Assembly (NCBI GenBank): GCA_977020255.1
Contig: CDROCS010000506.1
Location: 1-64,000, forward strand
Length of the DNA stretch: 64,000 bases
Direction: 5' to 3'
Source of the DNA: Obrimoposthia wandeli
Taxonomy: Eukaryota
The notes under the pieces were generated by a model that saw only the letters and a program-made list of their open reading frames with translations, was not told the origin of the DNA and searched no databases. The position numbers and the translations under genes are program-made. Shown in pieces: positions 10,439-21,025 of the stretch (positions are counted from its first letter, which is position 1; every line of letters begins with the position of its first letter).

Positions 10439-10667
10439 AAGAGAGGCTGCTGCATAACGACTAAGAAAGAGTAGAAGCGTTGGGCATGAGGATTCATACT
10501 TGTGTATGCCAAATATAATTAGTACTTAACGGGTTAAAACGTCAATTCAGTGATAAACATTGGTTTTTTTATTTAATATTTGTCTAAATTCCGCTGAACT
10601 ATTTCAATCCTTTGATATCCAATACATAATTAGATCTAATAGTCCATCTCAACAAATAAGTGACATC

Positions 10668-11567
10668 ATGAACATTAAATTAATATCAGGCGTTGTAATC
10701 GCCGGTCTTGCAGCAAGCTATGCTGGCGGCAAAATCTACATGACAGATAAAGTAGCAACTCAACTTGATGCCAAGATCATCGAAATGCAGCCAATGGTTA
10801 ATGTTAAATATGGCGATCTGAGTGTTGAACCGATCACTCAAAAAATTCAATTGCATGATGTCGTACTCAGCCCTACCGATGGTAGTGCAAAGCCAATTAC
10901 AATTAATGAAATTACAGTTAATGACTTTGATAGCGAATCAGAATTTCCTGCAGCGTTAGACCTCGCATTAAACGGTATCTCGATCAGTATTGATGATATC
11001 GAACCAGAAACCGCTGCACAGCTAAAAGTACTTGGTTACACCGATGACATGCTCATCAGCTTAGCGACTAAATATACTTACGTTGATAACGTGATGGATT
11101 GGCAGTTTAACCTGAGCGCACAAGACATGGGTAAAATGGCATACTCATTGAATATTGCCAATTTTGAGTTTGATCCAAAACAACCCGTTTCACTGTTATT
11201 TGCTTACCCTAACTTCCAACTTAATGCGGCTGAATTTACCTACACAGATGCATCATTTGTGGAACGTTTATTTAAGCAAGAAGCACAATCGTCAGATATG
11301 ACGGTAGAAGAATTGAAGCAAGATATGTCTGATAAGATTAGCGCGTTACTCGCTGCAGATATTGAAAATAAAAATAATGAATTAAGTGATGAGCAAATCA
11401 AAGTTGCAAGCAGTGCCACTGAAGCATTCATTAAGTTCATTAACGACCCGCAAAGTCTTACGATTTCAGTTAACCCAGAAAAAGCGGTCACATTGGGTGA
11501 GATTACTCAAACACAAAATGATCCAGCTAAGTTAATCGCGTTACTGAACATGACGTTTAAAGCTTAG
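10668..11567 (+). CDS. Hypothetical exported or membrane-anchored protein
   Basis: Long ORF with an N-terminal hydrophobic anchor (MNIKLISGVVIAGLAASYAGG). Start moved to ATG 10668. Confidence 0.65.
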   Translation: MNIKLISGVVIAGLAASYAGGKIYMTDKVATQLDAKIIEMQPMVNVKYGDLSVEPITQKIQLHDVVLSPTDGSAKPITINEITVNDFDSESEFPAALDLALNGISISIDDIEPETAAQLKVLGYTDDMLISLATKYTYVDNVMDWQFNLSAQDMGKMAYSLNIANFEFDPKQPVSLLFAYPNFQLNAAEFTYTDASFVERLFKQEAQSSDMTVEELKQDMSDKISALLAADIENKNNELSDEQIKVASSATEAFIKFINDPQSLTISVNPEKAVTLGEITQTQNDPAKLIALLNMTFKA

Positions 11568-11753
11568 TCTTTAAAATGCTGATATTTGAATGCGTATGTT
11601 AAATAGCTTGTGTCCTTGAGTACTCAACAGTCAACTATACTCCGCTAGCTGACATTACTCTACTCACACATTTACACATTTGATGGTACAATAGGTGATA
11701 GGCTTCAAAATTAAAATCTTCTTTACCACGTCACTCGCACACAAAGTTGCTCT

Positions 11754-12569
11754 TCACTTGATCTTCAGCCCATTACTGAATGATTTGTCGATTTCAAGGT
11801 TTCCTCGCTCGCGCGAAATATCCATCAATTGGGCAATGGCTTCTAAGCTCATTGGATCTTGGCCTTTAAAACCAAAGCGTAAGCGAATGATATTCTGGCT
11901 GCGTACGGGTAAGTATTCTAATAACGCATCCATGTATTCGTAATAATCACATTTTTCATAACGAATATCCGGCTGACAATTAACCTCTGCGGCAACCAAG
12001 TCTTTTAAACTCGCTAATAAATTGTCACCACTGATGATCTCTTTATCCAGCGAACCTTCATTGAAATAATGACCTAATATATTCAATACTTTACGCGGCG
12101 AAATCTTTAACTCTTGCGAGATCTTGGTAATACCTTCATTAGTATCAAGATCAAGTCCTAGTTCAGAAGACGCCTTCAGGATCTGTTTATAAACACGCGT
12201 AACATGAATGGGGATCCGGATCGTGCGGCCGTGATTCATAATATACTGCTCGATGTTATTTCTTATCCACCAAACTGCATACGTTGAGAATCGACAACCT
12301 CTCTCGGGATCAAATTTATCGACAGCATGCATCAAACCAGTATTGCCTTCTTGAATGATCTCGTCCCAATCAAGTGAGTAATTCTGGTATTTCTTTGCCA
12401 CCATAAGCACCAATCTCAAATTAGATTGGATCATCGTATCTCGTGCAGCTTTATCTCCATTAGCTGCAGCAACCGCTGTATCGTATTCTTCCTGCTTAGA
12501 CAATAACTGGCTAAACCGCTGTAATTCATCAAAATACACGTCAAGTGCGTTACTTGTAATGTTACTCAT
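11754..12569 (-). CDS. Short divergent RpoS-like sigma-70 factor; region 4.2 end appears garbled
   Basis: Region 1.2 (ALDVYFDEL), region 2 (SNLRLV...QEGNTGLMHAVDKFDPERGCRFSTYAVWWIR), RTIRIPIHV, and region 4 IIRLRFG...SLEAIA...ISRER. The expected RQI follows in another frame. Confidence 0.85.
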   Translation of the reverse strand: MSNITSNALDVYFDELQRFSQLLSKQEEYDTAVAAANGDKAARDTMIQSNLRLVLMVAKKYQNYSLDWDEIIQEGNTGLMHAVDKFDPERGCRFSTYAVWWIRNNIEQYIMNHGRTIRIPIHVTRVYKQILKASSELGLDLDTNEGITKISQELKISPRKVLNILGHYFNEGSLDKEIISGDNLLASLKDLVAAEVNCQPDIRYEKCDYYEYMDALLEYLPVRSQNIIRLRFGFKGQDPMSLEAIAQLMDISRERGNLEIDKSFSNGLKIK

Positions 12570-12758
12570 TAATCATCCCTGTTTATGAACTACCTTCATA
12601 GTAGCACAACAAGGTGACAGGTTGTTTCGTTTTATTGTAGTTAATATCACTAAATAAAAACACAATACGAAACAAAAGCTTAGTCAACAATACCATTTAT
12701 CGAAACAATGAATAAGTATAACAATAACGACCAATCAGACGGGCAGAATAAGGCACCA

Positions 12759-13107
12759 TTAGTTACAGGTTACTGGACGGTTATTCATCTCGGTGAGACG
12801 TACAAGCTCGTTAGCAATACAATCGAGGCTATTTTCTAAGGTAAGCACTAAAACTTGATGTGCCCAATCCGGCATCTCAGGATTGATTTTATAATGCACC
12901 CACTGACCTTTACGTCTGTCGATAACAATATTTTGTTGACGGAGTAAGGCTAAATGACGTGATACTTTAGGTTGGCTTTGATCAAGTGCGTGTGTTAATT
13001 CACACACGCACAGTTCGTGCTCGTGTTGTATTAGTAATAAACTTTTAAGTCTAGTTTCATCCGCTAAGCACTTGTAAAAACCCAGCGCGGCCCCGAAGTA
13101 ATTCCAT
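12759..13107 (-). CDS. ArsR/SmtB family transcriptional regulator; 5' end out of frame or garbled
   Basis: FYKCLADETRL...ELCVCEL...QSQPKVSRHLALLR...RRKGQWVHY. The probable ATG at 13107 is one base out of frame. Confidence 0.8.
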
Positions 13108-13177
13108 AAACCGTTCATTTTGGGGCAACATGCCGCCACTCTATATAGCAAACCCTGATTCTCTGTCAAAACGGTGC

Positions 13178-14383
13178 CTAACCTCGGTCGGTCAGTATTG
13201 CACGCGCTTTAAACAGCATTGGCGCATAATAATAAACGAACAATCCAAACGCAATAACCCAGAATGCAATACTCACGTTAATAAAGGTAATATAATGCTG
13301 CATCCAGAAAATTGGACCGATTACCCGGATCGTCGCGGCAATAAATATACTCAAAAATCCCAAAAACATGGCTTTAGGTTGTTGTAGCATACGGCCAGTA
13401 TGGCCCAATGAGACTCGAGATATCATGGCTAGAATTAATCCGCCCATGCCACCAACCGTAATTAAATGCCATAAATGACTGACAAAGGGTACTGCAATAA
13501 AGTAACTCATGCCGACGGTGAATAGTCCTACCCAGATAAAGAACAGCGAGCCGTGGATTGACCATAACAGCGGTACACCAAAAGTGATCCAAGGTTTCCA
13601 ACGACACCAGCGAATCGCTTGGCATACACCAGAGAGCATAAACAAAGTACCAAACACAAAGGCTGGTACTGTAAATAACGGCTGTAGTAATAGCAATGCG
13701 GTAATAATCGCCAGGCTACCAGTCGCCATTTTTTCTAACCAAGGTAAAGGTAATACTTTTGCAGTTTTAGTGCCGTTCGCCGTAAACATTGGCACAACAC
13801 GACCCGCCATCACTGACATTAACACCGCCATCAAAGTAACAGATGCATAAGCAGCTTGGTTAAGTGTCATGTTCGCTAAGCCTAATTTAGCTAAATGCAT
13901 TTCAATATTAGCGACCGTAAATAACACTAATATCGGTACAAAAAACAAATTACGATACTGTTTTATTTTCAGCAAAGGTTTAGCCAAAATATACGCAACA
14001 GCCGGTAAGAAGCTCAAATCAATCAGTATAATGACATAGTCATTCAGCAGCATTGGTAACAACAGCGCGACCCTGCCCGCTAGCCAAAGCATGAACAGTC
14101 CCAGCAAAGGTAACCCTGAAATACCACGCAAGCCCGTCCAATTTTGAATCGCCGTTAACAAAAATCCGGCAACAATTGCACAACCAAAACCAAATAGCAT
14201 TTCATGGATATGCCACCACAGTCCACCACCATAAGGTTGGAACGTAATATGACCAGATAACATTGCGCCCCATAGCAATAATGCGATGACACTAAATAAC
14301 GCGCCAGCTAAGAAGAATGGGCGGAAGCCAAGACGTAACACAGGGAGGATTTTTTGTTCCTCAGCTAAGTCAGTAATTTGCAT
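13178..14383 (-). CDS. nnrS: NnrS family membrane protein (nitrosative stress)
   Basis: LRLGFRPFFLAG, WWHIHEMLFGF, GFLLTAIQNWTG, GRVVPMFT, RVSLGHTGR. Confidence 0.9.
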   Translation of the reverse strand: MQITDLAEEQKILPVLRLGFRPFFLAGALFSVIALLLWGAMLSGHITFQPYGGGLWWHIHEMLFGFGCAIVAGFLLTAIQNWTGLRGISGLPLLGLFMLWLAGRVALLLPMLLNDYVIILIDLSFLPAVAYILAKPLLKIKQYRNLFFVPILVLFTVANIEMHLAKLGLANMTLNQAAYASVTLMAVLMSVMAGRVVPMFTANGTKTAKVLPLPWLEKMATGSLAIITALLLLQPLFTVPAFVFGTLFMLSGVCQAIRWCRWKPWITFGVPLLWSIHGSLFFIWVGLFTVGMSYFIAVPFVSHLWHLITVGGMGGLILAMISRVSLGHTGRMLQQPKAMFLGFLSIFIAATIRVIGPIFWMQHYITFINVSIAFWVIAFGLFVYYYAPMLFKARAILTDRG

Positions 14384-14448
14384 TGATTTGACCTTTAAAA
14401 TAAGAATTAACTAAAGTATATGAGTAAAAACAGGGGCTGTAATTGACT

Positions 14449-14489
14449 AAAGGCAAATACCCGACTTAAATAGTCAAGTATTTGCCTTT
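14449..14489. terminator. Terminator hairpin downstream of feoC
   Basis: Inverted repeat AAAGGCAAATAC ... GTATTTGCCTTT. Confidence 0.6.
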
Positions 14490-14558
14490 TTATTGATGTT
14501 ATTAAAACTTACTGATAATAATGTTTACTACTAATAATAAAGCTTACTAATAAAAAAC

Positions 14559-14795
14559 TCAGTTCAACACTGTAATAGCCAGTTCATTGTCATCATTCCA
14601 ACGGTACCAAACATCCTTGTTTGATTGTCCGAGTCGAGGACGCTCACTGATGCTTGTCGATATTTTACCTTTGGCTATCCACAATGCTAGCATTGCATCA
14701 ATACCATCTTCGCTAATGCCAAACTTTTTTGCTAATTCAGTTCTGCCGGTTTTTCCGTTAGCAACAAGATGATCTTTCAGGCGCGTTAAAATCAT
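14559..14795 (-). CDS. feoC: FeoC-like winged-helix protein
   Basis: MILTRLKDHL...ELAKKF...IDAMLALWIAKGKI, located downstream of feoB. Confidence 0.8.
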   Translation of the reverse strand: MILTRLKDHLVANGKTGRTELAKKFGISEDGIDAMLALWIAKGKISTSISERPRLGQSNKDVWYRWNDDNELAITVLN

Positions 14796-17070
14796 ATTGG
14801 CCCTTCTCCTCTTGTAGTTTTACTTTGTTACCTTGTTTTTTCAACAGCGCCACAACAATCAGCATTAGCACACTGAAGAAACTTATCCAGCCGATGCTTG
14901 ATGCCGGATGCGCTGCGAACTCAGCGATTTGATAGTACATAGTCGCAACAAAGTAGCCTAAAAACATAGTCCAGCTAGCAATGAATACGGCAAACGGACG
15001 ACCAAATTCACGTACATAAGCGCCCATTGCCGCCGCACAAGGCGTGTATAATAGAATAAACAATAAGAAAGCAAAGGCTGCTGCGTCAGAACCAAAGCTG
15101 TCTTTTAAGTTACCAAACAGCGTCACATCAACTTCTTGATCGTCAGCAACTGCACCCATGTCGGTCAAATCACCCACATCAACGCCCAGTGGATCTGAAT
15201 AACTTAAGTCGGCTAAGTTGGCAGGGATTGATAATACCGCTTCTTCTAAACTCGCGAGTAAATCAAATTCGGCATCGTCACCTTCTGCGCTTGAGTACAA
15301 GCTATTCAAGGTACCAATCACCGCTTCTTTGGCAAAAATACCGGTAATAATACCCACAGTTGCTTGCCAGTTATCAGCTTGAATACCAATGGGGGCAAGT
15401 AATGGTGTTGCCACTTGTGAGACTTGCGACAATATCGAACTTTCACTCTCTTCGTTGCCAAAGCTACCATCGGTACCCAGTGAGTTAAAGAAGCTTAAAA
15501 ACGCCACCACTAAGACAATCGTTTTACCGGCACCAAAAACAAAACGTTTTAGTTTTTGCCAAGTAATAATCAGCATGTTTTGCATAGTTGGTAATTCGTA
15601 ATCAGGCATTTCCATGATAAAGCTATCACTGCGACCTGGATATAGGCTCCAGCGTAATAACATCCCCGTGAATACCGCCACCAAAATACCAATAATGTAT
15701 AAGGCAAAGACAATATTCTGACCATGTTCAGGGAAGAAGGCCGCTGAAAATAAGGCATAAACAGGTAATCGCGCACCACATGACATAAACGGAGCCATTG
15801 CTGCGGCTAATCGACGTTCACGCTCATGCTCTAATGTACGTGTCGCCATAATCGCGGGTACGTTACAACCAAAACCAAGCACCAAGGGTACAAATGCTTT
15901 ACCTGGTAGGCCGATTTTTTGCATTACTTTATCAAGTACAAACGCAGCACGCGCCATGTAGCCTGAGCTTTCAAGTAATGACAAGAATAAATACAAGCAA
16001 CCAATCACCGGAATGAAAGTCGCAACCGTTTGAATACCACCACCAATACCATTGGCAATAATAGTCACTAACCACACGGGTAACAGGCCGTCGAGCAGAT
16101 AATGGCCGCCATCAACAAGGACACTGCCAAAGCTGATATCGAAGAAATCGATAAATGCGCCACCAATGTTTATCGAGAACATAAACATCAAATACATCAC
16201 CGCAAAGAAGAACGGGATGCCAATGTATTTATTCAATACGACTTGGTCGACTTTATCACTGAATGAACGGCTTAACTTACCTTCCTGACGACGTACTTTA
16301 TTACATAACTGGTGTAAGAAGGTGTAACGGACATTAGCAATATGGAAATCGGTTTCAACTGACTCGGCAACTTTATTCTTTACTTCTGACACCTGCATCA
16401 GGATATCTAAACTGAGTAAGTCACTCACTAAACTGTCATTCTCTAATGCGCGAACAGCCAGCGAACGAGGCGCTACATTATGCTCATAAAAGTGAATATC
16501 TAATTCGCTGATCGCCGCTTCTATTTCTGGACCATAGTTCATCGCCAGCGGTGTTGTTGTTACACCTTTTTGTACTAATGAATGCAGATTTTGTTTAAAT
16601 TCGCTGACTTCACTTTTAGCATTGGCAGACAAGGCTAATACTGGGCAACCAAGGGCTTTCTCTAACTTTTTAATATCTAATACTTGGCGTTGACGCGCCA
16701 GCACATCCATCTTGTTTAAGACCACAACCATAGGTCGGCCTAACTCTCGCAGTTGTAACGTCATGTACAAGCTACGTTCTAGGCATGACGCATCAACGAC
16801 GTTAATGATCAAGTCCGCAGCATGATTTAATGCCGCTTTCGATGCGATCATTTCATCGACACTGTTCACTTCATTACTGCTGTCTAAAGCATAGATGCCG
16901 GGTAAGTCCGTTAATAAAAACTCATCACCAGCGTGACCATAACGCCCTGTTTTTTTATCAACAGTCACACCAGCCCAGTTACCAACACGTTGGTTAGCAC
17001 CCGTTAATGCATTAAATAAAGTGGTTTTACCGCTATTTGGGTTACCAATAGTAAGGATTTGATACAACAT
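14758..17070 (-). CDS. feoB: Ferrous iron transporter B
   Basis: GNPNSGKTT, VGNWAGVTV, DLPGIY, NKMD G-domain motifs, and PLVLGFGCNVP and PFMSCGARLP gate motifs. Confidence 0.97.
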   Translation of the reverse strand: MLYQILTIGNPNSGKTTLFNALTGANQRVGNWAGVTVDKKTGRYGHAGDEFLLTDLPGIYALDSSNEVNSVDEMIASKAALNHAADLIINVVDASCLERSLYMTLQLRELGRPMVVVLNKMDVLARQRQVLDIKKLEKALGCPVLALSANAKSEVSEFKQNLHSLVQKGVTTTPLAMNYGPEIEAAISELDIHFYEHNVAPRSLAVRALENDSLVSDLLSLDILMQVSEVKNKVAESVETDFHIANVRYTFLHQLCNKVRRQEGKLSRSFSDKVDQVVLNKYIGIPFFFAVMYLMFMFSINIGGAFIDFFDISFGSVLVDGGHYLLDGLLPVWLVTIIANGIGGGIQTVATFIPVIGCLYLFLSLLESSGYMARAAFVLDKVMQKIGLPGKAFVPLVLGFGCNVPAIMATRTLEHERERRLAAAMAPFMSCGARLPVYALFSAAFFPEHGQNIVFALYIIGILVAVFTGMLLRWSLYPGRSDSFIMEMPDYELPTMQNMLIITWQKLKRFVFGAGKTIVLVVAFLSFFNSLGTDGSFGNEESESSILSQVSQVATPLLAPIGIQADNWQATVGIITGIFAKEAVIGTLNSLYSSAEGDDAEFDLLASLEEAVLSIPANLADLSYSDPLGVDVGDLTDMGAVADDQEVDVTLFGNLKDSFGSDAAAFAFLLFILLYTPCAAAMGAYVREFGRPFAVFIASWTMFLGYFVATMYYQIAEFAAHPASSIGWISFFSVLMLIVVALLKKQGNKVKLQEEKGQYDFNAPERSSCC

Positions 17071-17297
17071 TAAACGACCTCGACTTCAATTTGTTGCGCG
17101 AGTTGCTTACGAATTGCAACAGACATACCGCGAACAGATATTTGTAAAGGATCTCCCATAGGGGCACGACGCATCAGCGTTACTTCGGTCTGTGGCAATA
17201 CGCCCATCACCATTAACTTCTTGCGTGTGTCAGCAGGTAAAGCTGACATATCGGTAATTGTAGCGACAACACCATCGTTTAATAACGCTAACTTCAT
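17070..17297 (-). CDS. feoA: Ferrous iron transport protein A
   Basis: KLMVMGVLP...RRAPMGDP, directly upstream of feoB. Confidence 0.95.
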   Translation of the reverse strand: MKLALLNDGVVATITDMSALPADTRKKLMVMGVLPQTEVTLMRRAPMGDPLQISVRGMSVAIRKQLAQQIEVEVV

Positions 17298-17310
17298 ATC
17301 TACACCTAAT

Positions 17311-17329
17311 CCTAATGATAACTATTATT
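17311..17329. promoter_or_regulatory. Fur box
   Basis: CCTAATGATAACTATTATT matches GATAATGATAATCATTATC at 14/19 and lies just upstream of feoA. Confidence 0.75.
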
Positions 17330-17335
17330 ATTAAC

Positions 17336-17376
17336 ATTCTACGCAGGCAGTATAAATTACTCTTGATATGAATCAA
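17336..17376 (-). promoter_or_regulatory. FNR-dependent class II promoter of feoABC
   Basis: Perfect TTGAT-ATGA-ATCAA at 17363-17376 and -10 TAGAAT at 17341-17336 on the minus strand. Confidence 0.75.
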
Positions 17377-17472
17377 TACAGTATAAATGAAATCGTCAAA
17401 ATGGCTTAAAAATAGTCATAAAGTAGTATTTTTATATAACGGGTGGATTTATTTATAGGTGGGGTATAAAAC

Positions 17473-17527
17473 AAAAAAATATATGCAGCTCACCACTATG
17501 GCTATTTTGTGAGCTGCATATTTTTCA
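17473..17527. terminator. Terminator downstream of the ABC transporter
   Basis: 13-bp inverted repeat ATATGCAGCTCAC...GTGAGCTGCATAT flanked by A and T runs. Confidence 0.7.
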
Positions 17528-17591
17528 GGGCTATTTTACGATCTCTTTATAAGCATTCTTTTTAAGATTAATGTTTGAGACCTATTTTTCA

Positions 17592-19427
17592 CTATGAAGC
17601 GCTTTCACCGATAAAACCACCGGTTTGATGTGCCCAAAGTTGCGCATAAATACCTTTTTTAGCAATCAACTCTTGATGAGTACCCTGCTCTATCACACGC
17701 CCTTGATCTAAAATAATCAAACGGTCCATCGCCGCAATGGTTGATAAACGGTGAGCAATCGCTATCACCGTTTTGCCCTCCATCAATTCATTTAAGCTAT
17801 CTTGAATGGCTGATTCAACTTCAGAATCTAACGCCGATGTCGCTTCATCTAATACCAGAATGGGTGCATCCTTTAATAAGACGCGAGAAATAGCGATACG
17901 CTGGCGTTGACCACCCGAGAGTTTAACCCCACGCTCACCAACTTGCGCATCATAACCCTTGTTACCAAAGGTATCCGTCAGGGTACTAATAAACTCATGG
18001 GCACAAGCTTGCTCTGTTGCTTTAAGCAGTTGTGCTTCGCTGGCATCTGGATCGCCATACATAATATTGTCACGAATAGTACGGTGTAATAACGAGGTAT
18101 CTTGTGTCACCATACCGATTTGACCGCGTAAACTGTCTTGCTGAACATCACTGATATTTTGGCCATCAATTTTTATCGCGCCAGACTCAACATCATGAAA
18201 TCGCATTAACAAGTTAACTAAGGTCGATTTACCGGCACCAGAACGCCCCACTAGTCCGACTTTTTCACCCGCTTTTATCGTCAGGTTTAATTTCTCAATC
18301 ACCCCAGCCGATTCACCGTAATGAAAACTGATGTTATCAAATTCGATTTCACCTGCCGATACCGTTAACGGTTTAGCATTTGGTTTGTCTTCAATCTCAA
18401 TCGGTTTAGCCAAGGTATTCATGCCGTCAATCACTGTGCCCATGTTTTCAAATAGACCACCAATTTCCCACATGATCCATTTCGACATACTGTTTAGACG
18501 AAGCGCTAAACTGATCGCAACAGCAATGATACCGACACTTAAACTCGAGTCTAACCACAACATGATCGAAATTGCACCGACGCCGAACAATAATAAGTAA
18601 TTCAATAATTCAACGCAGAAAGTAAAACCGGTTACTAAACGCATCTGTTTATGCACAGTGACAAGGAATTCGTCCATGCCTTCTTCGGCATACACCATTT
18701 CGCGGGAGTTATGCGAGAACAGTTTCACCGTGGTGATGTTGGTATAACTATCAACTAATCGGCCAGTCATCATCGAACGCGCATTGGCTTGCTCTGTCGA
18801 GATCTTCTTAAGCTTAGGTACAAAATATAACTGAATAGCAATAAAGCCAACAAACCACGCCAGCATCGGCAACATCAGGCGCATGTCTGCTTGGCCGATC
18901 ATCACCAGCATCGCTAGGAAGTACACCGAGATATAAACCAATACATCCAGCAGTTTCATCACAGTTTCACGCACGGATAAGGCTGTTTGCATTACCTTGG
19001 TCGCAATACGTCCGGCAAAGTCACTTTGGAAAAAAGACACACTTTGACGTAATAAATAACGGTGAGCTAACCAACGAATAGACATAGGGTAATTACCCAG
19101 CAATGTCTGATGCATGATTAACGAGTGCAGCAATACCAATAATGGCATCCCCACCAGTATCAATACACTTAAGCCAATCAGGTTGGTACTTTCTTCATTA
19201 AGAAAGTTTTGCGGTTCATGGTTTGATAACCAATCCACCAACTGTCCCATAAAGCCAAATAACGACACTTCTAATATCGCGATCATCGCACTTAATATTG
19301 CCATCGCTAATAACGGCGACTCAAAACCACGCGTATAGTAACGGCAAAAAGCCACGAGATCTTGCGGCGGCTGTTCTGGCTGATGCTTAGGGAACGCCGA
19401 GGACATTTTTTCAAAAAACTTAAACAT
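17592..19427 (-). CDS. ABC exporter, fused permease/ATPase (MsbA/multidrug-like)
   Basis: TM domain, then GRSGAGKST, LSGGQRQR, LVLDEATSALD, IAHRLST. Confidence 0.93.
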   Translation of the reverse strand: MFKFFEKMSSAFPKHQPEQPPQDLVAFCRYYTRGFESPLLAMAILSAMIAILEVSLFGFMGQLVDWLSNHEPQNFLNEESTNLIGLSVLILVGMPLLVLLHSLIMHQTLLGNYPMSIRWLAHRYLLRQSVSFFQSDFAGRIATKVMQTALSVRETVMKLLDVLVYISVYFLAMLVMIGQADMRLMLPMLAWFVGFIAIQLYFVPKLKKISTEQANARSMMTGRLVDSYTNITTVKLFSHNSREMVYAEEGMDEFLVTVHKQMRLVTGFTFCVELLNYLLLFGVGAISIMLWLDSSLSVGIIAVAISLALRLNSMSKWIMWEIGGLFENMGTVIDGMNTLAKPIEIEDKPNAKPLTVSAGEIEFDNISFHYGESAGVIEKLNLTIKAGEKVGLVGRSGAGKSTLVNLLMRFHDVESGAIKIDGQNISDVQQDSLRGQIGMVTQDTSLLHRTIRDNIMYGDPDASEAQLLKATEQACAHEFISTLTDTFGNKGYDAQVGERGVKLSGGQRQRIAISRVLLKDAPILVLDEATSALDSEVESAIQDSLNELMEGKTVIAIAHRLSTIAAMDRLIILDQGRVIEQGTHQELIAKKGIYAQLWAHQTGGFIGESAS

Positions 19428-19557
19428 AGAGGTTCATTATCGAGCAATTTAAAGACCCGGCTATGGTACTACGTAATTGAGTCAGAGCGTAGTCTACATA
19501 AGCAGATTGGCAAGCTGTCCGCGGTAATTTATATGGATTCATGATTAAAACCAAACG

Positions 19558-19575
19558 TGTAAACAATATATTACA
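19558..19575. promoter_or_regulatory. TyrR box (upstream copy)
   Basis: TGTAAA-CAATAT-ATTACA matches TGTAAA-N6-TTTACA at 11/12. Confidence 0.65.
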
Positions 19576-19675
19576 CTTTAATTTACACATTTTACACCAA
19601 AACTATTGCACCAAGCCCTATAAAATAAGTAAACTCGCTCAACCTTAGCGATTTATAGATGTTTAAGGCATTTGG

Positions 19676-19693
19676 TGTAAATTTAAGTTTACA
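19676..19693. promoter_or_regulatory. TyrR box (strong)
   Basis: Perfect TGTAAA-TTTAAG-TTTACA, 31 nt before the likely ATG of tyrP. Confidence 0.8.
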
Positions 19694-19724
19694 TCCTTAT
19701 CGATTATCCGTAATGGAATGTTTT

Positions 19725-20963
19725 ATGACTTCGAATAAGATAGTAGGCAGTACCCTTATTGTTGCTGGCACCGCACTTGGTGGTGGTATGTTAGCGTTAC
19801 CCCTTGCATCAGCCGGTTTAGGTTTCTATACCGCGGCTTTTTTGATCATCCTAAACTGGGGTTTAATGACGTATACCGCCTTGTTGATGTTAGAAATTCA
19901 TCAACACGCTGAACAAGATGCAACGCTTAATTCCCTTGCCAAAAATTTACTCGGTAAACCGGGTCAATACCTCGCGACATTTGCTTCTTTCTTCTTATTC
20001 TATGCACTTTGTGCGGCTTACATCGCCGGTGGCGGTTCGCAGTTAACGCACAAGATCAATGATTTACTGAGTTTAGAACTGACGCCACAGTTTGGCGCGA
20101 TACTGCTGACAATCATCGTCGCGACGGTCGTCTCTATCGGTACGCATTCAGTGGATATGGTCAACCGTGTATTGTTTAGTGTTAAAATTATTGTGTTAGC
20201 CCTCACGCTAAGTCTGCTATTTCCACACGTTGAATCGATTAATTTATTAGAAATGCCTGTACAGCAAGGGTTGTTATTGTCTGCGTTACCAGTGATTTTT
20301 ACGTCGTTTGGTTTCCACGGCAGCATCCCGTCAATCGTACGTTATGTTGGTATTGATATTAAAACGCTGAAAAAAGTGATGATTTGTGGCGCATCCGCCC
20401 CGCTTGTTATTTACCTGTTATGGCAAGTTGCTACACAAGGTGTGTTAAGCCAAGCTACGTTAATGGAAAATAACTCGCTAACCAGTTTCATTGCTTCACT
20501 TAGTTCAGTATTACAACAACCACAAGTCAGCCAATCTGTCTCGGTGTTTGCAGATCTTGCTTTGGCAACATCATTCTTAGGCGTGAGTTTAGGCTTGTTT
20601 GATTTGTTATCTGGGATGATGAAACGCACCAATACTACGATTAATAGCAGTGACGCTAGCGCTGGCACTGATGGTAAGTTACATCGCGTGAAAACAGCAC
20701 TCGTGACATTTTTACCACCACTGGCTTTTGCCCTGTTTTATCCACAAGGTTTCATTACGGCGTTAGGTTATGCCGCAATCGCGCTGGTTATTCTCGCAAT
20801 CTTCTTACCTGTTGCTATGGTATCGAAACAACGTAAAGCCCAAGCAAGTGGTTACCGCGTTATCGGTGGTAATAGCACACTGGTACTGGCTAGCTTAATG
20901 GGTTGTTTAATTATTGCATCGCAGTTTTTACAAATGGCAGACGTGATACCTGCCGTAGGTTAA
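19725..20963 (+). CDS. tyrP: Aromatic amino acid permease (ArAAP, TyrP/Mtr family)
   Basis: GSTLIVAGTALGGGMLALP, FTSFGFHGSIPS, ALATSFLGVSLGL. TyrR boxes upstream support TyrP. Confidence 0.85.
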   Translation: MTSNKIVGSTLIVAGTALGGGMLALPLASAGLGFYTAAFLIILNWGLMTYTALLMLEIHQHAEQDATLNSLAKNLLGKPGQYLATFASFFLFYALCAAYIAGGGSQLTHKINDLLSLELTPQFGAILLTIIVATVVSIGTHSVDMVNRVLFSVKIIVLALTLSLLFPHVESINLLEMPVQQGLLLSALPVIFTSFGFHGSIPSIVRYVGIDIKTLKKVMICGASAPLVIYLLWQVATQGVLSQATLMENNSLTSFIASLSSVLQQPQVSQSVSVFADLALATSFLGVSLGLFDLLSGMMKRTNTTINSSDASAGTDGKLHRVKTALVTFLPPLAFALFYPQGFITALGYAAIALVILAIFLPVAMVSKQRKAQASGYRVIGGNSTLVLASLMGCLIIASQFLQMADVIPAVG

Positions 20964-20976
20964 TGTCATTACTTTG

Positions 20977-21022
20977 ATAAATCCCAACTGAGAGCTCACC
21001 TTTGCTCTCAGTTGGGATTTAT
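20977..21022. terminator. Bidirectional terminator between convergent genes
   Basis: Perfect 19-bp inverted repeat ATAAATCCCAACTGAGAGC...GCTCTCAGTTGGGATTTAT. Confidence 0.8.
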
Positions 21023-21025
21023 CCG

